Of a stretch of DNA of 52,121 nucleotides, positions 24,746 through 36,621 are shown in pieces (positions within the stretch are counted from its first letter, which is position 1; each line of letters starts with the position of its first letter). This stretch comes from Tubiluchus corallicola (lineage: Eukaryota; Animalia; Priapulida), in NCBI GenBank assembly GCA_030141605.1, contig JAQGDQ010001251.1, positions 1-52,121 of the forward strand, given 5' to 3'. The translations under genes and the position numbers were made by a program. Under the pieces are notes generated by a model. That model was not told the DNA's origin. It searched no databases and worked only from the letters and a program-made list of their open reading frames with translations.

Positions 24746-25295
24746 TAGGTTACCATACATTCGGGTTTCCCCCCTACACGTCCTCTTTTTGGGCCTCTGT
24801 CCGGGCGGGTTTTCAAAAAATCGGCAGTTTGTTCGGGTTTTGCTTCAATCCGTACGTATGTGCGGACGTTGCCAACTGCAAAGGCGTAAGACAGTACGAG
24901 ACAAAGAAAAGCTCGTTAATTTTCAATACAAGATGTTGCTAACATCTCAAAATGCAACCCTTGTAAAAGCTTTGTGTACATATTTACTGAACAAAAGTAA
25001 GCGATGCGTACATCACTATGGGTCACACGGCCGCCGAAATTCGGCGTATTCACTAAGGACTTAAAATGACGTCAGCTTCTGGGAGCCATTTTGTTTGTTT
25101 TTATGTGAATTTGAATTTCTTTGTTTCTTTAAATTTGTATAGTTTCGCTGTTTTGCAGTTTTGAGCGTAACTGGTAAAAGTTAATTAGAAAGTAGCAATG
25201 CCGAAACGACAGTGTGCATTTACAGATGAAATGAAGGCCAAGTACCCGTGTTTTCGCGCAGGTCCATATTACTGGGAAGCCTAATGTTACAAACA
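24746..25295 (+). mobile_element. 5' remnant of a Blackjack-type hAT element with transposase N-terminus
   Basis: Terminus TAGGTTACCATAC..CGGG with TCC/CGGG subterminal repeats; ATG at 25198 gives MPKRQCAFTDEMKAKYPCFRAGPYYWEA*C, resembling hAT-Blackjack N-termini from memory. Confidence 0.65.
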
Positions 25296-26446
25296 TGTTA
25301 AATCGCACACCGCTATCCAAAAAACAAGTTTACAAACATTCTCAATTTCGCTCTCACTTAATACATAACTAACAGTTCTTGCAACAGGGTTCTTGTAAGC
25401 TTATAAACAACGTATCTACTCTTTTATATAGGTTATATCTGTTAGCCAATCAGCGTTTGATTAAGTCCCATTGTTTTCTTTGTTATAAATGTACTTATGA
25501 TTGTAACGTTTCTTATTAAAAAAAAAAATCGTTTAAACTAAAAAACTGAACATGTTTTTTTCACGTGCCCAAGTAATCATAGACATTAATGATGAAATTG
25601 TACAAGTTTTTCATACTGTAAATCAATACCAAGGCTTTGAACTTATGACGCGTTCAGTTGTGAAAGCAATCACGCTGAAATTACTGTAGATTTAATAATA
25701 TAACGACAGTAGTGTTTTGTTTTGCTTTCCTAGCACAGCTGTCGTTAAAATCAAATTGATATTTATTTATTGAACCACTAAGGAAAGAAATTACAGAAGA
25801 GAAAGGAGCAACTACTCAAAAAACATTATACATCTAAAGAAAGAAACCACATATAAGTGATATAATGGTTCAAGTACAAAAAACACATACAATAGAGTAA
25901 CATACATACATATTATAAACTTAATATTACATGTATTACAGGTAGTCAATCAATCAGACTTGCACTGAGTTATCTCACTGTCTTCAAAATATTTTTTGGA
26001 CTAATCTAGCATTAATTTAATTGTTTTCATCATCTTGTGATGCATTTAAAAACGCGAACAATATTGGCAATATGGAAATGTAAGTATTGCAACAGATACG
26101 TTTGTGGAGGCATCTGCAGTTAATCCATATTTATTAAGTACACCTCCCCTTTGAATATGCCAGTACAGAGGAGGGGTAACAGTAGACTTGAGGATTTAGC
26201 CTGCACCTTAAGATCAAGGCAATTTTAATGATTTACTGTAGGTTATGCAGGTAATATTATGTGCCAGTGTATAGAAGGGAAGAATCTCACATCATCTGCC
26301 GTATGAATGAAAATTCGTAGATCACAAAACCCGGGGAAAAGTTCGTAAGTATTTGGCGCACCAGGTTGAGAATTACATGTTAACTTGTCGTGATTATTTT
26401 GCCAATGTTTTGTTTAGATAATTTTCTTTGCTCGCAATAATCTAGC

Positions 26447-27265
26447 AGGATTAAATAATTTAGATAATTGATATCGATGTTAATTAAGCAGTCAATAATA
26501 ATAGAGTGTTGGCATAGATACCGTAAGTTGTTGAAGGAAAAGCGGACCCAATCTTAAACCGTAGGCCAAAACAATCTACTCTTTAAGATATCGAAGGGAA
26601 ACATACTATTTTTTCAAAAATGTCTTACATGAAAGAATTATAACCACATAAACACAATTTCAGGTTCGCGCCACTAGTTCTTCGCTCTTACATGCATTTC
26701 GCCATTTGCTAATTAGAGGAGCATTAGCGGCTGCATTTCTGAATCGTATCAAACAAAACACAAGTGCTGTACCTTTCAGTTCAGATGCGTTAGTTTGTGA
26801 CGTACTGCACACGTCCGACAGCTCATGCGTGAGCACAGCGGTAAAGTTGAAATTTGATGTTTATCCTAAAACTTGCCTAGTTTTAGTACAACGCACTGAA
26901 TACCTTACAGTAGCACTGCACTTCAATTTTAGCTTTCGCAAACACGTGCAACACGCTCGTGGAATATTTTTGCTATTGAAAATTATGTTAGTTTGTGACG
27001 TTATCAATAGTTGAGCTCATCCGCCGTTAATTTAGATTTCAATTTATCGTTTAATTATCAGAAACGCTTTTGCGGTATTAATTGTGTTAAAATGTATACT
27101 TTTTATTGAATTTGAAAATGGGGTAGTATGTGAAAAATCATCCCGTCTTCCTCTAAAAATGACATGAAAATGTTGTTAACTGTAATGACCTCGCGTCTTT
27201 GTATACGTATTTATATATGTAATTATGCTCAAAATAAATAGTTATGATAATTATAATAATAATTT
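26447..27265 (+). mobile_element. Non-LTR 3' UTR fragment (family L-b), split by family A
   Basis: Both flanks of the A copy match the reverse complement of 47962-48261; ends TGCTCAAAATAAA..(ATA)n. Confidence 0.65.
26535..27152 (+). mobile_element. Family A, longest copy
   Basis: TTGA|AGGAAAAGCGGACCC ... CCCGTCTTCCT|CTAA (decayed TTAA TSD). Confidence 0.9.
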
Positions 27266-27684
27266 CATCATAACTGATATAAATTAGGAGCGTAAAACCT
27301 TGCTATAAGTAATAATATATAATCTTGTATGTAATTATTAATGTATCATAAGATATCATATGTATCATAAGATATTAATTATGGTAAAACCTTGTACGTA
27401 ATTATTATAGCGAACAGTAAAACTATTATAACTCTGTACAATTTTTACTAAAATAATAACGGTTCTCAATGGGTTTTTTTAAATTTCAGGCTTTAATTCT
27501 CGCACTTTGGACTCATACTGTTCACTGTATGTAGTACGATGCTTAGTTCCTGACTCTAAGGGTTGAACGTAATTTTGGACGTTGAGAAATAAGAAACATA
27601 CCAAATTGAAATGTCTATTTATTATTCCTATTAATTTGCGTGTAGACATAACAAATATGTTTAGAATTAGTTTTTCAGGTTTTA

Positions 27685-27704
27685 TACACTATATATACAT
27701 ACAC

Positions 27705-27735
<31 letters not shown>

Positions 27736-27749
27736 AACGTGAAATTGTG

Positions 27750-27799
<50 letters not shown>

Positions 27800-27862
27800 A
27801 GTATATAAGCCCAAAAAACTAATCATAAACATATTTTGATATATATATATATATATATATAA
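27685..27862. repeat. Compound (TA)n/(TG)n microsatellites
   Basis: Direct reading. Confidence 0.9.
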
Positions 27863-27897
27863 TGATTCATTTTTACCATTAATTTAGATTACGTTAA

Positions 27898-28430
27898 TGC
27901 AAGACAGGATGATTTTTCATATATTACGCCATTTTTAAGCTCGATAAAAATTATACATTTTAACACGATTAATACTGCACAAGCATTTCTGATATTTAAA
28001 TAATAGATTAAAAATTTAATTAATGGCGGGCGAGCCCAACTATTGATGACATCACAAACTAACGAAATTTTCAAGAGCAAAAATATTCAACGACCGTGTT
28101 GCACGTGTTTGTGAAAGTGAAAATTGAAGTACAGTGCTACTGTAAGATATTCAGTGTGTTGTACTACAACTAGGCAAGTTTTAAGATAAAAATTCAAATT
28201 TCAAATTTACCTCTGTGCTGTCGAACGTGGTTAGCTCGTCACAAATTAACACATCGAATGGCGAAATGCAGTATAACAGCGAAGAACTAGTGGTACGAAC
28301 GTGAAATTGTGTTTGTGTGGTAATAATTCTTTCACGTAAGTTAATTTTGAAAAAAATAGCATGTTTCCTTTCAATATTTTAAAGAGTAGATTGTTTTGAC
28401 CTGCAGTTTAAGATTGGGTCCAGTTTTGCT
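27898..28430 (-). mobile_element. Family A copy, tail-to-tail with 26535-27152
   Basis: TTAA|TGCAAGACAGGATG ... CAGTTTTGCT|TTAG. Confidence 0.88.
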
Positions 28431-28716
28431 TTAGCATCCACATGGCTTTAGCATCCACTTTAGTTGGTAAAAATCTGAACAACCGTTTTGTGACCCCCCC
28501 CCCCCCACCTGTGAAACGTTTTATTATGATTTTCAGAACCGGATTTCCGCTTCGGCTGAGCTTGACTGTTAAATATCCGCTGCTCTCAATTACAAGTTTC
28601 TTAACTTTTGTATAGACTAAATATATGTGTAAAAAGTTGCTTGGGTGGTAATTTGTTTATGCAAAGGTCGCCGACTTTTGATACGTTGCATTAGTCACAG
28701 CTAATTAAACTTTTAC

Positions 28717-28892
28717 CTGTATTTAAACGTTTTCTGCTTAATCCGAGCAAATAATTTTAAAGAGCTGGCGTAGTCCTCCCGTCTGCAGCATTCTTGGGTG
28801 ATGTTTAAAGTCTACTGACTCGGATACGTAATAAAATGTTCTTCGAATTTCATCGCTTTTCTTATCAACGCCAAGTTGTTTAAGCATTTTTT
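28717..28892 (-). CDS. Candidate exon (KMLKQLGVDKKSDEIRRTFYYVSESVDFKHHPRMLQTGGLRQLFKIICSD*), gene unknown
   Basis: Minus-strand acceptor TCTTTGCTGTAG, donor CAG|GTAAAA; phase-1 frame open to the stop at 28738-28740; no recognised homolog. Confidence 0.27.
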
Positions 28893-28987
28893 CTACAGCA
28901 AAGATTAAACTCGTTGTATTGTAGCAGAGAATGGTGGTTGAACGGATTATACAGCTGTTTTGAGAAAAGCTGCATTCCGCGAGGCAT

Positions 28988-30796
28988 TTAATACAAGAGT
29001 TTAAAAAAATCTGTGAAAATACAGTCCGCATTAATACGTTTTTAATACAAGAATTACAAAAATCTGTGAAAATACAGTCCGCATTAATACGTTTTTAATA
29101 CAAGAGTTTAAAAAAATCTGTGAAAATACAGTCCGCATTAATATGTTTTTAATACAAGAGTTTAAAAAATCTGTGAAAATACAGTCCGCATTAATACGTT
29201 TTTAATACAAGAGTTTAAAAAAATCTGTGAAAATACAGTCCGCATTAATACGTTTTTAATACAAGAATTTCAAAAATCTGTGAAAATACAGTCCGCATTA
29301 ATACGTTTTTAATACAAGAATTTCAAAAATCTGTGAAAATACAGTCCGCATTAATACGCTTTTAATACAAGAGTTTAAAAAATCTGTGAAAATACAGTCC
29401 GCATTAATACGCGTTTAATACAAGAGTTTAAAAAATCTGTGAAAATACAGTCCGCATTAATACGTTTTTAATACAAGAGTTTAAAAAATCTGTGAAAATA
29501 CAGTCCGCATTAATACGTTTTTAATACAAGAGTTTAAAAAATCTGTGAAAATACAGTCCGCATTAATACGTTTTTAATACAAGAGTTTAAAAAATCTGTG
29601 AAAATACAGTCCGCATTAATACGCGTTTAATACAAGAGTTTAAAAAATATGTGAAAATACAGTCCGCATTAATACGTTTTTAATACAAGAGTTTAAAAAA
29701 TCTGTGAAAATACAGTCCGCATTAATACGTTTTTAATACAGGAGTTTAAAAAATCTGTGAAAATACAGTCCGCATTAATACGTTTTTAATACAAGAGTTT
29801 AAAAAATATGTGAAAATACAGTCCGCATTAATACGCGTTTAATACAAGAGTTTAAAAAATCTGTGAAAATACAGTCCGCATTAATACGCGTTTAATACAA
29901 GAGTTTAAAAAATCTGTGAAAATACAGTCCGCATTAATACGTTTTTAATACAAGAGTTTAAAAAATCTGTGAAAATACAGTCCGCATTAATACGTTTTTA
30001 ATACAAGAATTTAAAAAATCTGTGAAAATACAGTCCGCATTAATACGTTTTTAATACAAGAGTTTAAAAAAATCTGTGAAAATACAGTCCGCATTAATAC
30101 GTTTTTAATACAAGAATTTAAAAAACCTGTGAAAATACAGTCCGCATTAATACGTTTTTAATACAAGAGTTTAAAAAATATGTGAAAATACAGTCCGCAT
30201 TAATACGTTTTTAATACAGGAGTTTAAAAAATCTGTGAAAATACAGTCCGCATTAATACGTTTTTAATACAGGAGTTTAAAAAATCTGTGAAAATACAGT
30301 CCGCATTAATACGCGTTTAATACAAGAGTTTAAAAAATCTGTGAAAATACAGTCCGCATTAATACGCGTTTAATACAAGAGTTTAAAAAATATGTGAAAA
30401 TACAGTCCGCATTAATACGTTTTTAATACAAGAGTTTAAAAAATCTGTGAAAATACAGTCCGCATTAATACGTTTTTAATACAGGAGTTTAAAAAATCTG
30501 TGAAAATACAGTCCGCATTAATACGTTTTTAATACAAGAGTTTAAAAAATATGTGAAAATACAGTCCGCATTAATACGCGTTTAATACAAGAGTTTAAAA
30601 AATATGTGAAAATACAGTCCGCATTAATACGTTTTTAATACAAGAGTTTAAAAAATCTGTGAAAATACAGTCCGCATTAATACGTTTTTAATACAGGAGT
30701 TTAAAAAATCTGTGAAAATACAGTCCGCATTAATACGTTTTTAATACAGGAGTTTAAAAAATCTGTGAAAATACAGTCCGCATTAATACGTTTTTT
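28988..30796. repeat. 53-bp minisatellite, about 34 copies
   Basis: Unit TTAATACAAGAGTTTAAAAAATCTGTGAAAATACAGTCCGCATTAATACGTTT; very homogeneous. Confidence 0.97.
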
Positions 30797-30982
30797 ATTA
30801 CGAAGTTAATACAGATTTATTAACGTTTATTAACATACATATTAAATAACATTTATTAACATACAGATGTGCAAATAAACTTGTCAGAAAGGAGTCGCGA
30901 AAGAGTAAAAAGGAGAGATGTGTAATTAATTACACTCTGATTATTGCAGGATCCAAATTAATGAAGAAAAAAATAATGAATT

Positions 30983-31243
30983 GGTTAGCAAACTGAAACG
31001 CCGCGCTGACCGTTAGGCACAGCCATTTTAAGGGCAAGTCGTTTAAAACGTGTTTAGATAACGTTGCTTAGTGTTTGAAAAAATAATCAAAGCATTTGTT
31101 GCGCAACTCTTAGTTTAAATTTACTACTTTTATACAGCGTTACTGCTAGCGCAAACCCCGAATGCAATAAGACAGTGTGTAAGTGGTGTAATATTTGAAG
31201 ACGAATTTTTAAGCATTATTTGTGAAGAGTGTTTTCTTGTGCT
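30983..31243 (+). mobile_element. Family D right part with an in-place inversion of about 120 bp
   Basis: 30990-31111 is the reverse complement of the D core; 31112-31243 is forward and ends TTTTCTTGTGCT|TTAA. Confidence 0.78.
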
Positions 31244-31562
31244 TTAAACTAACAATTTTATATGGGTTACTTATTTCGATTATTCTCATATTTATATTTC
31301 GAAACAATCATATTTTTAAGTCTTCTTTTACATAACAACTCAATCTTTCCTCTGTAGAGGTCGTGTTAACTAATGAAGCTTGCGCAGAATTTACCACAAA
31401 ATGAATAATACCGTATTTTCTGAAACACAACCGAAATCAGATTAGTCGTGCGTGGCGGATTGGGTGAGATTGACCTCTCGAGGACCATCGCCGAAGTTGC
31501 TGAGTGTCATCTTCAAAGTTTCGTGTAAATCAAGATGCTGTAAAGTGTCTTTTCAAACTTAC

Positions 31563-31678
31563 CTCCAAGGCGCACAACCTGATAGACGAAGTCGGCGAAC
31601 AGCACGGCTTTCACCCCAACTTTTCCGTCCTGGATACGCCCTGACGGTAGCAGTTTTACGCTCCAACCATGGCTTCAC
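31563..31678 (-). CDS. Candidate exon, coding status uncertain
   Basis: GC-rich unique island; strong donor GAG|GTAAGT; weak acceptors ACACAG (exon start 31678) or CCGTCAG (start 31640). Confidence 0.33.
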
Positions 31679-31803
31679 CTGTGTTCTCATGTCAGGAAAT
31701 TAAAAAAGTGCAAAGTGGTATTGCTGAAACTTTAAGCGCCAAACCGCCGCAAAGTTACAAATTTGATTTTGATTTAAGAGCGTTTATGAGAACATAAGAA
31801 CTT

Positions 31804-32267
31804 AGCGTGGGGCTGATCCATGAGGTTATGCAGGAGAGCGTGGGGCTGATCCATGAGGTTATGCAGGAGAGCGTGGGGCTGATCCATGAGGTTATGCAGG
31901 AGAGCGTGGGGCTGATCCATGAGGTTATGCAGGAGAGCGTGGGGCTGATCCATGAGGTTATGCAGGAGAGCGTGGGGCTGATCCATGAGGTTATGCAGGA
32001 GAGCGTGGGGCTGATCCAGGAGGTTATGCAGGAGAGCGTGGGGCTGATCCATGAGGTTATGCAGGAGAGCGTGGGGCTGATCCATGAGGTTATGCAGGAG
32101 AGCGTGGGGCTGATCCATGAGGTTATGCAGGAGAGCGTGGGGCTGATCCATGAGGTTATGCAGGAGAGCGTGGGGCTGATCCACGAGGTTATGCAGGAGG
32201 GAGTGGGGCTGATCCACGAGGTTATGCAGGAGAGCGTGGGGCTGATCCACGAGGTTATGCAGGAGGG
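31804..32267. repeat. 33-bp GC-rich minisatellite, 14 copies
   Basis: Unit AGCGTGGGGCTGATCCATGAGGTTATGCAGGAG; explains three repeat ORFs. Confidence 0.97.
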
Positions 32268-32476
32268 AGTAACATATCTGAATTGTCGTATTGACACCCT
32301 GGGGTGAATAAGTTTATAATCTAGCCAACTTGAGTGACTAACCGACTGGCTGGTTGGCCGACTGGCTGGCTTAGTTGACTGAATGACTGATTGGATCGAT
32401 CTGGACTTGATTGGCCTGACCTGACCCGACTTAATGTGGTCTGACCTGTTGCTACCATAGTTGACCTGACTGTTAA

Positions 32477-32922
32477 AGGAAAGCCGGACGATTGTTTAGA
32501 TCAATCTCATTTTAATTTACTGTGCAAAATGTACGTTTTCTTGCCTATAAAAAGTAGTAATTGTTTCTTATATTTGAATAATTAGCTTAGGAATTTAATT
32601 AACAGCAACCGAACACAGCTATTGCTTACGTCAGGAACTAACCACAGTTTGTGCGATGGCAGGCATCTTCCCTTGCGCGTCAAGCACGTTTGCGTAAGTG
32701 TTACTGTTTAAACGCGTGATGTCACGAAAATGGGCTCTACGTCCTATGACGTCAGAAACTAACACTGCAGTTCATTATCATGGTTATCACGGTGCCGCCT
32801 TCTATTTGTCGGCTATTATTATTTAATCTTAGCTTTGATTTTAAAAAACGCTATTGTAGTTTTCAATATTTTAGAGCATTCTTTATTCTGAACTCGTGTT
32901 TACACAATCATCCGGTTTTCCT
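32477..32922 (+). mobile_element. Kolobok-like family B, deletion derivative
   Basis: TTAA|AGGAAAGCCGGACGATTGTTTA ... TACACAATCATCCGGTTTTCCT|TTAA. Confidence 0.9.
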
Positions 32923-32975
32923 TTAACTACTATGAATTAAAAAAAACGTATATGATTTTTCAGTAAGTAGTTCCC

Positions 32976-33405
32976 GTAAAGGGAAACAAAAGGAATTCTT
33001 CGTACAAACTTATATTACATAGCATTACGCTTACCTGCTTGCAAGACTCGTATGTAACTGACTAAGAAAATTCTCAACATGAAACGGTATCCCAGTGTGC
33101 ACCACTGATTCACTAAAACTTGTCGCTAATCTTACGGACAATTTAAACTTGCTTACTTAGCGAAACGTCGCTACGAACGATCTGATTATTTTTTCAATTG
33201 TACACAGCGTTATCAAAACTTACTTTAAATGACTTACCGTTAAAATGGTTGTACGTAATGGTCTTCACCGAAGCTTATATTTGTCAGTTTTGTACAGCGT
33301 TGCTGCTCGCGCAAGCTGTGCATGCATTAAGACATCATGTGAGTGTTCTAACATGTCAAGACGAATTTTTTAAACTTTAACTGATGAAAAGTCTTGTCTT
33401 GTCCT
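32976..33405 (+). mobile_element. Family D fragment
   Basis: Homologous to 23604-24089; ends TCTTGTCCT|TTAA. Confidence 0.72.
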
Positions 33406-33448
33406 TTAATTCATCTCTACCTTAATTCATCTGTTTTACCTCACGTTA

Positions 33449-33706
<258 letters not shown>

Positions 33707-34359
33707 CTGTGTTATATTTAATCAAAACTTGACTCGACTTTAGATCCTTGTTTTGCACTCTGTTCTGCTCTTTGCTATTTCTGTCTCACGTTTTTTGTGT
33801 TTTAAAATACGCACAGTAATAATATTAAAAGCGATCTTTCTAATAATGTTATTGTTCTTGCTATAAAAACTACGTTGATTTCAAGAAACAGTATGAGCCT
33901 GAAAAGAAATCAGTTTTTATAAACGTAGCTTTCTTATTCTTGTTTGTCGATTTCCATAGTTACACAATGATCTTACGAGAAAGAAGCCACGCACGGGAAT
34001 CAAGTTAGTGACTCCTAAATGGTGGATTTGAAGCGCTGTCAGCCGTTCTATTGACCAAGCTTTAAAACTTGAATTGCTTTCGGAATCGAATTCCTTAAAA
34101 GGCTAAAATCAATTATCCCACGATTTGTCTTTGCGATAGAATGAGAAAGAAACGATTCCAGCGGGAACAGGTGAACGGAAAAGGGTGGTGCTGGGTCAGT
34201 GTGGGGCTCTGGGCAGCGGGACTTAAGCATTTGTTCATTCGCGTGAATGCTTTTGTGTAATTTGTGTAAATGTTGAAAGAATGCGTGTTACTCGTAGTAG
34301 CAACAATCATTAGCAACATTTTAAATGAACTTCAATAAAATATAAACTTGACAGAAAGG

Positions 34360-34595
34360 CAAGGACTACTATACACTATGTATATGTATATGTATATACA
34401 GGGATATCATAGGTACCACTGTTTTTAAATTACTAGATGAATGAGGAATATGTTCTATGTGTATTGTGGCATGCTATAGGTCACCATGGGGGGTAAATAT
34501 GTCCAAATTATTAGCACTAAATGTTAAAAATAGATCGCCTCCGCTAGCCGAGTCAGAGATCTGACCGTGCACGTCCTGTTGTATAGTAGTCCTTG
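34360..34595. mobile_element. P-element-like MITE (236 bp)
   Basis: Perfect 16-bp TIR CAAGGACTACTATACA / TGTATAGTAGTCCTTG; perfect 8-bp TSD CAGAAAGG; superfamily inferred from CAAGG terminus. Confidence 0.85.
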
Positions 34596-35053
34596 CAGAA
34601 AGGTAATCTTCACTAAAATCTCATGCAGATGTCCCGATTTTACTAATATGAACAATATTGACGAATATTTGTTTTTGGCAGGGAGCAAATATCTAGAAAT
34701 ACTAACATTTGTTTACAACTTAACTAATAAGTAAAATGTTTTGTAATTAGGAGGATGGTGTAGAATTTTGCGTTTATAAAATTGTGTTGTTAATTTTGTT
34801 ATCAATTTTAGTGTGTTGAATGTTTATGTGAAGTTTGGTTTATGACATACATCAGTGTTTGTTGTTGTTTTTGTTTTTGTTTGTTTGCTATGTACCACCT
34901 TGTACTTATATTTGTTTTGTCTGGTATTTTGTAATTAATGACCGTATTAATTTTGTTAATGTGTTTTCATCTATTAAATTATAATAAAGCCACTAGAGGG
35001 CTCTTTAATCTTCCTGGTCGCTGTAGTGCAAGCCAAATGTATGTTGGCTACAA

Positions 35054-35447
35054 TGCTGTACAATACTGATACAATTTTTAGATACAATGTACGAAGTTTT
35101 TCCTGTATACGTAGGAAAGCTGTGTTTAGTCTCAGAAGTAGGATGTATTTGAGTCAGAATACTGTTATTAATAACTTGCTGTACAATACTGATACAATTT
35201 TTAGATACAATGTGCCAAGTTTTTCCTGTATACGTAGGAAAGCTGTGTTTAGTCTCAGAAGTAGGCAGTTTTGAGTCAGAATACTGTTATTATTAACTTG
35301 CTGTACAATACTGATACAATTTTTAGATACAATGTGCCAAGTTTTTCCTGTATACGTAGGAAAGCTGTGTTTAGTCTCAGAAGTAGGCAGTTTTGAGTCA
35401 GAATACTGTTATTATTAACTTGCTGTACAATACTGATACAATTTTTA
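35054..35447. repeat. 122-123 bp tandem repeat x about 3.2
   Basis: TGCTGTACAATACTGATAC at 35054, 35177, 35299 and 35421. Confidence 0.95.
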
Positions 35448-35449
35448 AA

Positions 35450-36621
35450 TCAAACATTTTTAAGTCGTGGCAAAGAATTTAATCTACCCATTCTAACTAA
35501 CCCTTTTTTTGTATATAACCTTACTATGTTTCTGTAAACTAACTCCTCCCAACACTCTCCCAAAAGACCACTAAAGAAAATTTTATAAAAATAAATACGT
35601 TACAAAACTATGCACTGAAATTAATATTAGGTTTGTCACATCAATCATAAATACAAGCCAAACATAAGAATGTATATTCTGTAACGAACTTAAGAAACGA
35701 ACTAAAAATATCAATCGTAGAAACCCATAAAGATTATCATACATTATGATTCATTTTCAAATATATAAATAATTTAAGTATTCCATTCATTAGTCACAAA
35801 TTAGCAGGGCCTATTTCAGCCTAAGCGAGGCCCGGGGACGTGAGGTGTGTGAGGCCTCCTCGGGGGGGAGGGGGGGGTGAAGTCCCGGGGGGCGAGCGCC
35901 ACCATGGTTGGCGCCCAGAAAATTTTTGAACTGCTAGAACGCCGGAGAAGCATTTTCGAAGAGAAAATATGGAGTTATACAGTATGTTCGCATAAAGCAA
36001 AAAATAATGTTACCTCGGCGCGAGGCCCCCCTGTAGGGTGAGGCCCCGGGGAAGTATCCCCCCCCTTGAAATAGGCCCTGCAAATTAGCACTAATCCAAA
36101 ATCCTAAATTAAACGCCAGAACATTTAATTTGAAATCAAACTAGAACAAACAATGGAAACAATGGAACTACTTTGTAAACAATTCAGTAGCAAAAACCGC
36201 CGTCCAGCTCTGGAATTCACTGTCAGTCGAAATCAAACGTTTTAAACCATCAACCGCATTCAAAACTAAAATAAGAGCATTAATGATGTCAAGATTTGAA
36301 TATCCAACTTACCTACACGACAACTTACACAGTAATCCAGAATTCATTTACCCCAGGCCACATTAAATGACTTAATTTTGTTGATAGTCAGTTTGAAAAC
36401 ATGTAAAATATGTTAAGTTTAAGTTTGAAGTTGTATATTTTGCACCTGTAGTTTAGACTTTGCACTGAGATATTTGCCTTCAACAGTGTATGTTTTTTAA
36501 CTTTCACTGATTGAGTATCTGGAAATTTTGTTGTGATTCTCAATATTATCATGGCAAATAAGGATGTTACTTACTTGCTTGCTTGCTTGCTTACTTGCTT
36601 ACTTACTTACTTACTTACTTA

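Noticed and set aside
9340-28080. Recurrent similar ORFs (e.g. KTCLVLVQR.EYLTVAL.FNF) as a gene family
   Set aside because: All lie within family A MITE copies; frames are not conserved between copies
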